Position numbers and translations under genes: made by a program. From assembly GCA_027460535.1 (NCBI GenBank), contig JAPZAR010000008.1, positions 1-32,000 on the forward strand: a stretch of DNA of 32,000 bases, written 5' to 3'. Source of the stretch: Candidatus Methanoperedens sp. GTDB lineage: Archaea; Halobacteriota; Methanosarcinia; Methanosarcinales; Methanoperedenaceae. The notes under the pieces are model-generated. The model had not been told where the DNA came from. It made no database searches and saw only the letters and a program-made list of their open reading frames with translations. Positions 14,717-27,735 of this stretch are shown in pieces; the first letter of the stretch is position 1; every line of letters begins with the position of its first letter.

Positions 14717-17221
14717 TCACTCAGCCTCCTCCTCTTCCAGCTTCTCCTGCACCGCTTTCTCCTCCCCGCTCTCCTCCTTCGCAAGCGTCGCCACCCCCAC
14801 CACCCTGTCCTTCTCCCCCACATTCATTATCTTCACGCCCTGCGTATTCCTTCCCTGCACGCGAATCCCGCTCACAGGCACGCGGATGATGATGCCGTTC
14901 GAGGTCGTGACCATTATCTCGTCATCTTCATGGACGCTCCTTATGTCAACCACGCTCCCGTTCCTGATGTTAACATCGATAGTTATCACACCCTGGCCGC
15001 CGCGGTTGCTGGTGCGGTATTCCTCAAAGTCTGTGCGCTTCCCGAAGCCGTTCTCTGTCACCGTGAGAAGAGTAGCTCCTCCTTCCACCACTGCCATGCT
15101 CACCACTTCATCCTCGCCCATGAGCCTTACACCTCTGACGCCATAAGCGCCGCGCCCCATGTCGCGCACATCGTTCTCGTTAAAGCGAATCGCTTTTCCA
15201 TGCTTTGTGCCGATGACTGCTTCTTTTGTGCCGTCCGTGAGCTTCACCGATACAAGCTTATCCCCGTCATCAAGAGAAATGGCGATAATGCCTGTCTTTC
15301 TGGGATTTGAGAAATCAGTGAGAGCAGTTTTCTTAGCTGTACCTTTCTTTGTGACCATCAGTAGATAGTGTTTCTCATCAAACTTGCTGATAGGTATATA
15401 CGCGTTGATCTTTTCACCCTGTTCAAGTTGCAGCAGATTGACGATGGCCGTGCCCCGGGCCTGCCTTCCTGCCTCGGGTATCCCATATACTTTCAGCCAG
15501 TAAACCTTGCCTTTATCGGTGAAGAAAAGGAGGTAATCATGAGTATTGCCTATAAAAAGGTCGCTCACGAAATCCTCTTCTTTTGTCTCCATGCCCATCA
15601 CGCCCTTCCCGCCGCGGCGCTGCTGCTTATATGCATCCACTGCGATGCGCTTGATATAACCGCTGTTCGTGATTGTGATGACGTCATCCTCCTTTGGTAT
15701 CAGGTCCTCGGTCACAAGTTCTCCTGTGCTCTCGATGATCTCGGTCCGCCTTTTATCTGCGAATCGTGCCTTGAGGTCTGCAAGTTCTTCTTTTATAAGT
15801 GCAAGTATTTTTATTTCACTTGCAAGGAGTTCTTTGAGCCATTTTATTGTCTTTTGTAGCTCACCGTATTCAGTGTCTATCTTCTCGCGCTCTAAGCCGG
15901 TGAGGCGCTGAAGCCTCATGTCAAGGATTGCCTTTGCCTGTTCAATGCTCAGTTTGAACTTTGCAATTAGACCATCGCGCGCTTCATCAGGTGTATTTGA
16001 AGCTTTTATAAGCTTGATCACTTCATCGATATTATCAAGCGCAATTATCAAACCTTCGAGGATATGGGCACGCTGCTGTGCCTTTTTGAGCTCAAACTGG
16101 CTTCTTCTTATTATTGCATTCTTCCTGTGTGAAATATACTGGACGATTATTTCCTTTAACGGAAGAACAATTGGCCTCCCATCGACAAGTGCAAGGTTGA
16201 TAACGCCAAAAGTGGTCTCAAGCTGGGTATGCGAATACAGCTGGTTCAAAATGATGTTCGCCTGCGCCTGTCTTGATACTTCCATTACGATGCGGATGCC
16301 ATCTTTATCAGATTCATCACGAAGGTCGGTTATCCCCGCAATTTTCTTGTCCCTCACAAGACCTGCAATATCTTCTATCAATTTTGCCTTATTCACCTGA
16401 TAGGGGAGCTCATTGACGATTATTGTTTCCTTGTTCTTTACTTCCTCTATTATTGCCCTGGCACGCATCTTTATCGAGCCACGGCCATTTTGGTAAGCAT
16501 CTCGTATCCCCTGCCGGCCGTAGATGAATCCAGCTGTGGGAAAATCAGGCCCTTTGACTGCGGTCATGAGTTCGTTCCATTCGACAGCAGGATTATCTAT
16601 GACCATAATAATTCCGTCAATAACCTCCCCAAGATTATGAGGCGGCATGTTGGTCGCCATGCCGACGGCGATACCTGTCGAACCGTTAATGAGAAGGTTG
16701 GGAAGCTTACATGGAAGAACTGAAGGCTCTTTTAATGAATCATCGTAGTTGGGTACGAAATCAACGGTCTCTTTGTCGATGTCGCCCAGTATTTCATCTG
16801 CTATTTTTCCGAGTCTGACTTCAGTGTATCGCATCGCTGCGGCGCTGTCGCCGTCGATACTGCCGAAGTTCCCCTGCCCGTCGATAAGCGGATAACGAAG
16901 CGAGAACTCCTGTACCATCCTTACGAGAGAATCGTAAACAGCGATATCACCATGCGGGTGGTATTTACCCAGAACATCTCCCACGATCCTTGCGGATTTC
17001 TTGTATGGTTTGTCATGTGTCATACCCTGCTCGTTCATTGCATACAAAATGCGGCGGTGAACGGGTTTCAAGCCGTCCCTGACATCCGGAAGCGCGCGCC
17101 CCACGATGACGCTCATGGCGTAATCAATGTAGGAGCGCTTCATCTCGTCCTCGATGTTCACCGGGGTGATTTTTTCAACTACAAGTTTCTGCTGGGGGTT
17201 CTTAGGTTCTGGGTCGGTCAT
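14717..17221 (-). CDS. gyrA: DNA gyrase subunit A
   Basis: 834 aa. [27 protein letters not shown], active-site region AAMRYTE, and a beta-pinwheel C-terminal domain with an acidic tail. Confidence 0.98.
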   Translation of the reverse strand: MTDPEPKNPQQKLVVEKITPVNIEDEMKRSYIDYAMSVIVGRALPDVRDGLKPVHRRILYAMNEQGMTHDKPYKKSARIVGDVLGKYHPHGDIAVYDSLVRMVQEFSLRYPLIDGQGNFGSIDGDSAAAMRYTEVRLGKIADEILGDIDKETVDFVPNYDDSLKEPSVLPCKLPNLLINGSTGIAVGMATNMPPHNLGEVIDGIIMVIDNPAVEWNELMTAVKGPDFPTAGFIYGRQGIRDAYQNGRGSIKMRARAIIEEVKNKETIIVNELPYQVNKAKLIEDIAGLVRDKKIAGITDLRDESDKDGIRIVMEVSRQAQANIILNQLYSHTQLETTFGVINLALVDGRPIVLPLKEIIVQYISHRKNAIIRRSQFELKKAQQRAHILEGLIIALDNIDEVIKLIKASNTPDEARDGLIAKFKLSIEQAKAILDMRLQRLTGLEREKIDTEYGELQKTIKWLKELLASEIKILALIKEELADLKARFADKRRTEIIESTGELVTEDLIPKEDDVITITNSGYIKRIAVDAYKQQRRGGKGVMGMETKEEDFVSDLFIGNTHDYLLFFTDKGKVYWLKVYGIPEAGRQARGTAIVNLLQLEQGEKINAYIPISKFDEKHYLLMVTKKGTAKKTALTDFSNPRKTGIIAISLDDGDKLVSVKLTDGTKEAVIGTKHGKAIRFNENDVRDMGRGAYGVRGVRLMGEDEVVSMAVVEGGATLLTVTENGFGKRTDFEEYRTSNRGGQGVITIDVNIRNGSVVDIRSVHEDDEIMVTTSNGIIIRVPVSGIRVQGRNTQGVKIMNVGEKDRVVGVATLAKEESGEEKAVQEKLEEEEAE

Positions 17222-17225
17222 GGTA

Positions 17226-17627
17226 TCAGCTCAATTTTGATTTTAATCTGGTTAAAACGAATTCTTTGATTTTCTTGGCATTTTTAAAAGCCAGTTGTGC
17301 CTCTTCAAAAGTAATCTCATAATCTTCTTCTAAAGGATATCTGACTTCGACTGCATATCCCGATAGTTCAGACGCAATATCATAAAAGTCAGTAAATTTA
17401 GAATCGATTTCTTTGCAAATTGAAATCAATTCCTCAAGGTCATGTATTTTTGGTGCTTCTTTTCCTTGAAAAGCAAGAAATCCTTTAAGATATTTTTCTG
17501 CGACCTGCTGGCTGTGAAAACATATTATATCTGTAGGAGGGCTTTGCATTGTGAACAGATATTCCACTGTTATAAGGTCATTATTTGCTTTATTGAACCA
17601 TTTTTTGGCTACATCTTTATTGTCCAT
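17226..17627 (-). CDS. HEPN domain protein (the type paired with a minimal nucleotidyltransferase)
   Basis: 133 aa. WFNKANNDL...[16 protein letters not shown]...IHDLEEL...YAVEVRYP is the HEPN four-helix pattern. It overlaps the MNT gene by 11 nt. No R-x(4-6)-H motif is present. Confidence 0.8.
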   Translation of the reverse strand: MDNKDVAKKWFNKANNDLITVEYLFTMQSPPTDIICFHSQQVAEKYLKGFLAFQGKEAPKIHDLEELISICKEIDSKFTDFYDIASELSGYAVEVRYPLEEDYEITFEEAQLAFKNAKKIKEFVLTRLKSKLS

Positions 17628-17949
17628 ATATGACCTTTCCTTTTCTAATGATTGAAGTTACAAAAGCAGCAGAAGCATTTTTCCATTTCTCAACTTCCTG
17701 CGGTGTATAAACGAGAATATCCTTCGGAACCCTGATGTCACGTAGTAATTTTCTTATCCGAACCCCCCTTTTATGCATTGGTTCCTTCGTCGGGAGAATT
17801 ACCAATAAATCCAGGTCGCTGTCTTTTGTCGGGTTTCCATAAGCGTATGAACCAAAAAGGATTATCTTTTCAGGATGGGCTTCGTTAACAATACGGTTTT
17901 TGATTTGCTGGATAAGTTCTTCGGTTATTGGTTGCATGGTTCTGTTCAC
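17617..17949 (-). CDS. Minimal nucleotidyltransferase (MNT, NTP_transf_2)
   Basis: 110 aa. ILFGSYAYGNPTKDSDLDLLVI is the GS-x(n)-DxD pol-beta-type NTase motif. The start is GTG at 17949 or ATG at 17937. Confidence 0.85.
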   Translation of the reverse strand: MNRTMQPITEELIQQIKNRIVNEAHPEKIILFGSYAYGNPTKDSDLDLLVILPTKEPMHKRGVRIRKLLRDIRVPKDILVYTPQEVEKWKNASAAFVTSIIRKGKVIYGQ

Positions 17950-18566
17950 AAAGTTACATGAATATCTTTAATTGGTATTTCTAATTCAAAATAGGTATTA
18001 TATCCCCACGACTTGGAAAGTTGTTTGTCACCAATAAAATCTATTTTTACATCATTAAGACGAATTCTAATAGAATTCTTTTTGCTTTCTTTTTTTAGTG
18101 ATTTTAGTATAGTTATAAAATTTGTATGCAAGGGTTGAAGTTTTGCACTATTCTTACTATGCTGTTGATGAGTTACTTCCATTTCTTCTATTGCTGGAAT
18201 TGGTGTTCCCAACTCATATTCATGACCAGATATATCCTCATAAATTGCACGCATAGTTATTTTTTTTGTTTTAAAATCAAATATGCTGAAGTTTAAAATT
18301 ACAAAAGTGAATTCCAACGACGGAGACGGATTATTATCTTCTGCTTTGATAACTCCCAACATTGAGTTAAATTCGATCATTGACGAGTATTTGTTTAAAT
18401 TCTCGTTACGAATTTCTTTCAACCGTGTTAGTTCTTGTTCCAAATTATTAAGTTGCACTTCTTTTGCAACCAAAGCATTTTCTTTTTTATTTAAATCAAA
18501 ATATTTCTTAAAATAAGAATATGCTCTATAAATAATAGAAATTGGAAATGATGTCCAATCAACCAT
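17946..18566 (-). CDS. Orphan 206-aa protein: predicted coiled coil followed by a probably beta-rich domain
   Basis: The ATG lies 2 nt after the gyrB stop and the TGA abuts the MNT start. The segment KENALVAKEVQLNNLEQELTRLKEIRNENLNKY is coiled-coil-like. I recognise no family motif. The sequence is very AT-rich. Confidence 0.55.
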   Translation of the reverse strand: MVDWTSFPISIIYRAYSYFKKYFDLNKKENALVAKEVQLNNLEQELTRLKEIRNENLNKYSSMIEFNSMLGVIKAEDNNPSPSLEFTFVILNFSIFDFKTKKITMRAIYEDISGHEYELGTPIPAIEEMEVTHQQHSKNSAKLQPLHTNFITILKSLKKESKKNSIRIRLNDVKIDFIGDKQLSKSWGYNTYFELEIPIKDIHVTL

Positions 18567-18568
18567 CT

Positions 18569-20835
<2,267 letters not shown>

Positions 20836-22119
20836 ATGAGAATTTCAGTGATCGGCACAGGCTACGTCGGTACCGTCAGTGCTGCCTGTTTTGCAGAACT
20901 CGGCCATAAAGTGATATGTGTAGATATCGATCAATCTAAAATAGACCATATAAATGCGGGCATCCCGCCTATCTATGAGGATGGACTTTCCGAACTTTTG
21001 AAAAAACATGCCGGAAATAGCTTGACTGCAACATCGGATTACGGTTTTGCTGTTATGAAATCAGATTTATCCTTTATTTGCGTGGGAACTCCATCTGACT
21101 CTTCAGGCAATATCGATCTTGGCATCGTAAGAGCGGCCAGCGCTAGCCTGGGGGATTCTTTGAAAAAGAAGAAGGAGTTCCATGTTGTAGTGGTGAAAAG
21201 CACAGTCGTCCCAGAGACCACAGAAAAGGTGGTTCTCCCAATTATAGAAAAACACTCGGGAAAACGCATTGGTGATTTCGGCATAGCCATGAACCCTGAG
21301 TTCTTGCGCGAAGGAAAAGCGGTGTATGATTTCATGCATCCGGACAAGATAGTTGTGGGTTCGCTTGACAAAAGGTCGGGTGATATGGTCGCTTCCCTTT
21401 ACAGCGGGCTTGATTGCGAGGTAACAAGGACAAACCCGCGCACAGCCGAGATGATAAAATACGCAAATAACGCATTTCTTGCAACCAAAATATCTTTCGC
21501 AAACGAGGTTGGGAATATCTGCAAGGAACTGGGGATCGATACATATGAAGTCATGTCTGCAATCGGTAAGGATTTCAGGATAGGACCGCACTTCCTGAAT
21601 GCGGGAGCCGGGTTTGGAGGTTCATGTTTTCCAAAGGATGTGAAGGCCCTGATAGGCAAGGCAAAAGAGATTGGATATGAACCAGTACTGCTCAGATCTG
21701 TAATTGCAGTAAACGAAGGACAACCTATCCGGATAGTAGAGATATTGAAAAATAAACTCGGGAGGTTGAATGGAAAAAAGATCGCCGTGCTTGGACTTGC
21801 CTTCAAGAACGATACCGATGATATAAGGGAATCAAGGTCTATACCCGTGATAAAAGAACTGCTAGATAATGGTGCAAGGGTTCTTGCCTACGATCCCATG
21901 GCAAATGAGAATATGCGGAGGCTTTTCGGTAGTGTCGAATACCAGCGCTCTGCGGAAGACGCCCTGCGCGGTGCAGACGCATGCCTCATAATGACCGAAT
22001 GGGATGAGTTCAGATCACTTGATAATGAATTTCATATTATGAAAAATAAGCTTGTAGTAGACGGGAGGCATATGATCACCCCCGGAAAAAATATAGAATA
22101 TGTTGGTCTTTGCTGGTAG
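20836..22119 (+). CDS. ugd: UDP-glucose 6-dehydrogenase
   Basis: From the internal Met the protein reads MRISVIGTGYVGTV (Rossmann fold), with NPEFLREG and the catalytic-Cys context GFGGSCFPKDV. The 34-codon upstream extension in the ORF track is AT-rich leader. Confidence 0.9.
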   Translation: MRISVIGTGYVGTVSAACFAELGHKVICVDIDQSKIDHINAGIPPIYEDGLSELLKKHAGNSLTATSDYGFAVMKSDLSFICVGTPSDSSGNIDLGIVRAASASLGDSLKKKKEFHVVVVKSTVVPETTEKVVLPIIEKHSGKRIGDFGIAMNPEFLREGKAVYDFMHPDKIVVGSLDKRSGDMVASLYSGLDCEVTRTNPRTAEMIKYANNAFLATKISFANEVGNICKELGIDTYEVMSAIGKDFRIGPHFLNAGAGFGGSCFPKDVKALIGKAKEIGYEPVLLRSVIAVNEGQPIRIVEILKNKLGRLNGKKIAVLGLAFKNDTDDIRESRSIPVIKELLDNGARVLAYDPMANENMRRLFGSVEYQRSAEDALRGADACLIMTEWDEFRSLDNEFHIMKNKLVVDGRHMITPGKNIEYVGLCW

Positions 22120-22140
22120 GTTGGTTACATAAATCAATAT

Positions 22141-23568
22141 ATGTTAAATATCAGAGCAAAAACTGCCGTTAAAAATCGAGGAGATGGAACTATAAAATCT
22201 ATAATTCTTGCAGGAGGATCCGGCACACGTCTATGGCCCCTATCACGCGAACAATATCCGAAACAGTTTCTAAAACTTGGCAAAACATCATTGTTCCAGG
22301 ATACGCTGGATAGATGCCTTGAGATATCTGATATCAAAGAAATTTTCGTCGTGACTAACGAATTCCAGAAGTTTTTCGCATTGGGGCAAATCAATGAACT
22401 GGGATATGATTTCCCTGTGGAGAATGTACTCATAGAACCGGAAGGGAAGAATACATTGCCGGCGATCTGTTTTGGGATGAGGGTAATCGAAAAACGATTC
22501 GGGAAATCCATCGTTGGGATTTTTTCTTCTGACCATGTGATGGGTAAAAGCGCGATGAAAACAATAGCGAGCGCTCAAAAATTGGCTTTGGATTACCTCG
22601 TTACCTTTGGGATAGTGCCAAAATCCCCTCATATCGGCTATGGGTACATCAAACCGGCAGAACCAATCGGGCCAGGATACAAAGTCTCCGAATTCAGAGA
22701 AAAACCTGCTCTTGATATTGCCAAGAAATACGTGAAGGAGGGGTGTCTCTGGAACAGCGGAATGTTCCTCTTCGATACAGATTTGTTCTTTGCTGAACTA
22801 AAGGCACATGAACCTTCGGTTTTGGAAGCTTTTGGTGTCTCTGATGATATGGATGCTGCATACAGTAAAGTGACAGCAATTTCCATTGATTATGGTATCA
22901 TGGAAAAATCAGATCGGGTGGCAGTTGTGAAGATTGAGGGTAAATGGAGCGACCTCGGAAACTTCGATGCGATGTATGAAGAGCTCGAAAAAGATGCAGC
23001 CGGGAATGTTGTATACGGTTGCGATGACGTTCTGCTAAATTCAACCGGTAATCTCATATACTCAAAACCTGGCAAGCTTGTTTCACTTATCGATATCAAT
23101 GATATGGTTGTAGTGGATACTTCTGACGCACTGCTTGTATGCCCCAGGAGCAGCAGTCAGAAGGTCAAGGATGTCGTGTCAAAATTGAAAAATAGAAATG
23201 ATGCGCGGGCATCCATTCATGAGACCGTGTACAGACCATGGGGCTCTTACACGATCCTTGAAAGCTCAGAAAGACATAAAATAAAGAACTTAACAGTCAT
23301 GCCAGAGAAGAGATTGAGCCTACAGCTCCATCACCACCGCAGCGAGCACTGGGTTGTTGTGAAAGGTATGGCAAGCGTACAGGTCGATAGCAGCGAGTTT
23401 TTTTTGCGGCCTGGAGAGAGTACGTTTATAAAAGGTGGTGTCAAGCACAGGCTTTCCAATCCAGGGAAGATCCCCCTGGAAATCATTGAGGTACAGCTCG
23501 GAGACACGGTGGATGAAAACGATATTGTCAGGTTTGATGATGAATATGGACGTGTTCAACAATCCTGA
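22141..23568 (+). CDS. manC: Mannose-1-phosphate guanylyltransferase / mannose-6-phosphate isomerase (type II PMI, cupin C-terminus)
   Basis: 475 aa. ILAGGSGTRLWPLSR, FGIVPKSPHIGYGYI, and the C-terminal cupin RPWGSY...LQLHHHRSEHWVVVKG. Confidence 0.9.
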   Translation: MLNIRAKTAVKNRGDGTIKSIILAGGSGTRLWPLSREQYPKQFLKLGKTSLFQDTLDRCLEISDIKEIFVVTNEFQKFFALGQINELGYDFPVENVLIEPEGKNTLPAICFGMRVIEKRFGKSIVGIFSSDHVMGKSAMKTIASAQKLALDYLVTFGIVPKSPHIGYGYIKPAEPIGPGYKVSEFREKPALDIAKKYVKEGCLWNSGMFLFDTDLFFAELKAHEPSVLEAFGVSDDMDAAYSKVTAISIDYGIMEKSDRVAVVKIEGKWSDLGNFDAMYEELEKDAAGNVVYGCDDVLLNSTGNLIYSKPGKLVSLIDINDMVVVDTSDALLVCPRSSSQKVKDVVSKLKNRNDARASIHETVYRPWGSYTILESSERHKIKNLTVMPEKRLSLQLHHHRSEHWVVVKGMASVQVDSSEFFLRPGESTFIKGGVKHRLSNPGKIPLEIIEVQLGDTVDENDIVRFDDEYGRVQQS

Positions 23569-23615
23569 AAAAGAATACCTATATATAATTGACAGATTTA
23601 CCAAGGGCGAATAGA

Positions 23616-24620
23616 ATGAAAGTAGTTATACCCGCTGCAGGTGCAGGCAAACGTCTTTTTCCGCATACCTTCACAAAACCCAAGCCCATGGTGTACATAG
23701 CTGGAAAACCCATTATCGGCCATATCCTTGACAGATTGAAAGATGTTGAACCTGATGAAATAATAATGGTGGTGGGCTATAAGAAAGAACAGATAATGTC
23801 TTATGTGGAGAAAAATTATTCAAAAATTTTCGATATAAAATATGTCGAGCAGGAAGAACAACTGGGCCTTGGCCATTCTATCCATGTTGCTGGAGAGGAG
23901 ATCGGGAATTCGGATATAATGATAGCACTCGGGGATATGATATTCAAAGCGGGCTATTCCGAGTTCCACAGGCATCATTTGACCAATGGCGATTGCTCCG
24001 GATCGATCGGGGTTCGTGAGGTTAAAGACCCAAAAAAATATGGCATCGTGGAAGTCGAAGGCGATTATATAAAAAGACTGGAAGAAAAGCCCGCACGCCC
24101 CAAATCCAATCTTGGAATAGCCGGGATATATTTCATTGAGGATACACCTGTACTCTTATCGATACTCGATGAGATGATACATAAAAATCTTCGCACACGT
24201 GGAGAATTCCAGCTTACGGATGCGCTACAGGAAATGGTAAAAAGAGGTTACCGTCTGAAAACCTTCCCCGTCTCAAGCTGGTATGATTGCGGGCATCCTG
24301 AATCCTTGCTTGAGACAAACCGCGTATTGCTGGATGAAAAAGAGGATATGGATAAAGTGGAGGTATTGAAAGATTCAGTGATCATCCATCCTGTTGCAAT
24401 AGGGGAGAATGTGACAATTATTAATTCGGTTATCGGACCGCACGCGTCGATCGCAAGCGATTCGATCATTGAAAGCAGTATCATCTCGGACAGCGTGATT
24501 GGATCGCGCTCCCACATCTCAAAAGTCAACCTTCAGCGCTCCATCGTTGGAGACGATGCCAGCGTTCACGGCAAGCACAATTCTCTTAATATAGGAGACT
24601 CTTCGTCCATAGAATTCTGA
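23616..24620 (+). CDS. Sugar-1-phosphate nucleotidyltransferase with a C-terminal left-handed beta-helix
   Basis: [25 protein letters not shown] (G-x-G-x-R-L signature), then hexapeptide repeats ([36 protein letters not shown]...). The NDP-sugar specificity is unknown. Confidence 0.8.
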   Translation: MKVVIPAAGAGKRLFPHTFTKPKPMVYIAGKPIIGHILDRLKDVEPDEIIMVVGYKKEQIMSYVEKNYSKIFDIKYVEQEEQLGLGHSIHVAGEEIGNSDIMIALGDMIFKAGYSEFHRHHLTNGDCSGSIGVREVKDPKKYGIVEVEGDYIKRLEEKPARPKSNLGIAGIYFIEDTPVLLSILDEMIHKNLRTRGEFQLTDALQEMVKRGYRLKTFPVSSWYDCGHPESLLETNRVLLDEKEDMDKVEVLKDSVIIHPVAIGENVTIINSVIGPHASIASDSIIESSIISDSVIGSRSHISKVNLQRSIVGDDASVHGKHNSLNIGDSSSIEF

Positions 24621-24627
24621 AAGTAAC

Positions 24628-25566
24628 ATGAAAGCATTAGTAACCGGTGGGGCAGGATTTCTTGGATCGCATCTGTGCGATTTACTGCTCAAAAAAAATT
24701 TTGAAGTTATATGTGTAGATTCTCTTCTAACGGGAAATGAAGGGAATATTGCACACATAAAAACCGATAGATTCCAATTCATAAAGCATGACGTGACAAA
24801 ACCCCTATACCTGGAAGAAAAAGTCCAGTTCCTCTTCCATCTTGCCAGCCCGGCCAGTCCCATAGACTATCTGGAATTGCCTATCCAGACCCTGAAAGTT
24901 GGTGCTCTTGGCGCACATAACATGCTTGGCCTTGCCAAGGAACAGGGAGCACGATTTTTGCTGGCCTCGACCTCCGAGGTATATGGCGACCCCCTCGTGA
25001 ATCCCCAGAGCGAGGAGTACTGGGGCAACGTGAACCCTATCGGTCCGAGAGGCGTGTACGATGAGGCAAAAAGATTTGCCGAGGCCATCACGATGGCTTA
25101 CCATCGCTACCATAAGCTGGATACCAGGATAGTCCGTATCTTCAACACATACGGGCCAAGGATGCGTCCGAACGACGGAAGGGTCGTGCCCAACTTCATC
25201 GGGCAGGCTCTGCGCGGCGAGGGGATTACCGTTTATGGTAACGGTTCGCAAACAAGAAGTTTCTGCTACGTGAGCGACGAGATCGAGGGGATCTACAGGC
25301 TGATGATGTCTGATTATACGCTGCCAATGAATGTAGGTAACCCGGAGGAGCATACCATACTTGAGTTTGCAAGATTGATTGCAGAGATGACAGGTAGTAC
25401 TTCAAAAATTATTTTTAAAGAATTGCCTGTTGACGACCCAAAGCAACGAAGACCTGATATCACAAAAGCGCGACAACTCCTTGGCTGGGAACCAAAAGTC
25501 TCTCTTGAGCAAGGATTAAAGGAAACAATAAAATACTTCAAGGATATTCTGGAATGGAGTAAATGA
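24628..25566 (+). CDS. uxs: UDP-glucuronate decarboxylase (UDP-xylose synthase)
   Basis: 312 aa. [51 protein letters not shown] and [10 protein letters not shown]. These are close to the UXS signature. Confidence 0.88.
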   Translation: MKALVTGGAGFLGSHLCDLLLKKNFEVICVDSLLTGNEGNIAHIKTDRFQFIKHDVTKPLYLEEKVQFLFHLASPASPIDYLELPIQTLKVGALGAHNMLGLAKEQGARFLLASTSEVYGDPLVNPQSEEYWGNVNPIGPRGVYDEAKRFAEAITMAYHRYHKLDTRIVRIFNTYGPRMRPNDGRVVPNFIGQALRGEGITVYGNGSQTRSFCYVSDEIEGIYRLMMSDYTLPMNVGNPEEHTILEFARLIAEMTGSTSKIIFKELPVDDPKQRRPDITKARQLLGWEPKVSLEQGLKETIKYFKDILEWSK

Positions 25567-26621
25567 AAATACTAATAACGGGCGGAGCAGGCTTCGTCGG
25601 CTCGAATCTGGCAATCGAGTTCAAAAAAAATAGGGATGCCCAGGTAGTAGCTTTTGATAATCTTAAAAGAAGAGGGTCTGAACTGAATATCCCGAGATTG
25701 AAAGAAAACGATGTGGAATTCATACATGGCGATATAAGGAACAGGGAAGATTTTGATCCTGTGGGTGATACCGATATTCTTATCGAGTGCTCAGCAGAAC
25801 CTTCTGTGCTGGCAGGTTTTGATTCCTCCCCGGATTATCTATTGAATACAAACCTTTTGGGTACCATCAATTGTCTTGAATACGCAAGGAAATGCGGGGC
25901 AGACATTGTATTTTTATCCACAAGCAGAGTTTACCCCGTTAGAACGATAAATAGCATCAATTTCATTGAAAAGCCGACACGCTTCGAACTATCGGATAAC
26001 CAAAGTATACAGGGCGTCTCTTCCAAAGGTTACACAGAAGAATTCCCTCTCAATGGCCCGCGTACATTATACGGCGCAACAAAGTTAGCATCCGAGTTGA
26101 TCATTCAAGAATACATAGAAATGTATGGATTGAGAGCGGTCATAAACCGTTGTGGCGTCCTCACAGGAAGCTGGCAAATGGGGAAGGTTGACCAGGGGGT
26201 TATAGTTCTATGGGTGGCTAAACATCATTATCAGCAGTCATTAAGTTATATCGGATATGGAGGCAAAGGGAAACAGGTGAGGGATATTCTACATGTAAAA
26301 GACCTGCAGCGCCTTTTAGAGATCCAGATTGCAGATATGGATGCACACAATGGCGAAATATACAATGTAGGAGGCGGACTAGAACGCACCGTATCCCTGC
26401 TTGAATTGACACGTCTCTGCCAGAAACATACTGGAAACAAAATACCTATAAAAAACGTTAATGAAGACAGGCCAGGAGATATACGAATATTTATAACCGA
26501 TAATAGCAAGATAACGGGAAAAACAGGCTGGAAGCCTGAAATTGAGGTCGAACAAATAATAGAAGAAATCTCCAACTGGATTGGAGAGAACTCGGAGTTA
26601 CTGAGACCAATACTTGCATGA
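25563..26621 (+). CDS. Extended SDR epimerase/dehydratase, CDP-paratose 2-epimerase-like
   Basis: 352 aa. [12 protein letters not shown], catalytic YGATK, and [18 protein letters not shown]. It overlaps the uxs stop as ATGA. Confidence 0.75.
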   Translation: MKILITGGAGFVGSNLAIEFKKNRDAQVVAFDNLKRRGSELNIPRLKENDVEFIHGDIRNREDFDPVGDTDILIECSAEPSVLAGFDSSPDYLLNTNLLGTINCLEYARKCGADIVFLSTSRVYPVRTINSINFIEKPTRFELSDNQSIQGVSSKGYTEEFPLNGPRTLYGATKLASELIIQEYIEMYGLRAVINRCGVLTGSWQMGKVDQGVIVLWVAKHHYQQSLSYIGYGGKGKQVRDILHVKDLQRLLEIQIADMDAHNGEIYNVGGGLERTVSLLELTRLCQKHTGNKIPIKNVNEDRPGDIRIFITDNSKITGKTGWKPEIEVEQIIEEISNWIGENSELLRPILA

Positions 26622-26641
26622 ATTAATGGAGGAGCTTACAA

Positions 26642-27709
26642 ATGGATATTGCCTTGATCACAGGTTCTGCAGGCTTGATAGGTGCTGAATCTGTCCGGTT
26701 TTTCAGCAAAAAAGGTTTTAAGGTCGTTGGAATTGACAACGATATGAGAAAGGTATTCTTTGGTGAAGAAGCGTCCACCGAGTGGAGCAGGAAAAAGCTC
26801 GAGTATGAAATAAAAAATTATATTCATTACAGGGAGGACATCCGGGATAGGGCAGCGATGGAAGCCATTTTTAAAAAATATAGTAATGAAATAAAATTAA
26901 TTATACACACTGCAGCACAGCCTTCTCATGATTGGGCAGCAAAGGACCCGTTCACTGATTTTACAGTTAATGCGAATGGAACCCTGACGCTTCTCGAAAT
27001 GACAAGACAGAACTGCCCTGATGCCGTGTTCATATTCACTTCCACTAATAAAGTATACGGCGACACTCCAAATAGTTTGCCACTGGTCGAACTTGAGACC
27101 CGGTGGGAAATTGATGAATCCCATCCTTATTATGAAAACGGTATTGACGAATCCATGAGTGTTGACCATACAAAACACAGCCTGTTCGGTGCTTCAAAAC
27201 TGGCTGCTGATGTGCTTGTCCAGGAGTACGGCAGGTATTTCGATATGAGAACCGTTTGCTTCAGGGGCGGGTGCCTCACAGGACCGGGACATTCGTCCAC
27301 AGAACTCCACGGGTTCCTGGCGTATCTTATGAAATGTGCTGTTACAGGGAACCATTATACGATATATGGCTACAAAGGCAAGCAGGTCAGGGATAATATC
27401 CATAGTTTCGATCTTGTGAACGCTTTCTGGCATTTTTATCAAAAACCAAGAAGAGGCGAAGTATATAACATGGGAGGGAGCAGGCATTCCAACTGCTCAA
27501 TGCTGGAGGCTATAAGCATGTGCGAAGAGATCTCCGGGAAAAAAATGAATTATTCGTATATTGAAAACAATCGTATTGGAGATCATATCTGGTGGATCAG
27601 CGATGTGAGCAAATTCAAATCCCATTATCCAGGATGGAACTACAAGTATAACCTCAAAGACATCCTGGTTGAGATATTCAACAATAGCGTTTTTTCACAA
27701 ATACAATAA
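26642..27709 (+). CDS. Extended SDR epimerase/dehydratase paralog, CDP-paratose 2-epimerase-like, with FGASK in place of YxxxK
   Basis: 355 aa. [37 protein letters not shown]. At the expected YxxxK position the sequence reads FGASK (27185-27199). Confidence 0.75.
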   Translation: MDIALITGSAGLIGAESVRFFSKKGFKVVGIDNDMRKVFFGEEASTEWSRKKLEYEIKNYIHYREDIRDRAAMEAIFKKYSNEIKLIIHTAAQPSHDWAAKDPFTDFTVNANGTLTLLEMTRQNCPDAVFIFTSTNKVYGDTPNSLPLVELETRWEIDESHPYYENGIDESMSVDHTKHSLFGASKLAADVLVQEYGRYFDMRTVCFRGGCLTGPGHSSTELHGFLAYLMKCAVTGNHYTIYGYKGKQVRDNIHSFDLVNAFWHFYQKPRRGEVYNMGGSRHSNCSMLEAISMCEEISGKKMNYSYIENNRIGDHIWWISDVSKFKSHYPGWNYKYNLKDILVEIFNNSVFSQIQ

Positions 27710-27735
27710 AATCAAAAAATTGTAATAAATACAAG

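Noticed and set aside
14698-14889. Proline-rich 63-aa ORF ([14 protein letters not shown]...)
   Set aside because: It is the reverse-complement reading of the Glu-rich acidic tail of GyrA, so it is not an independent gene.
14717-15300. GC-rich 3' part of gyrA (35/60 G+C at 15001-15060) as a possible recombination mosaic or HGT patch
   Set aside because: Other conserved genes show the same local GC elevation (38/60 at 4021-4080 in SepCysS). This looks like a property of conserved or highly expressed coding sequence in this genome rather than a foreign patch. A sliding-window analysis would be needed to say more.
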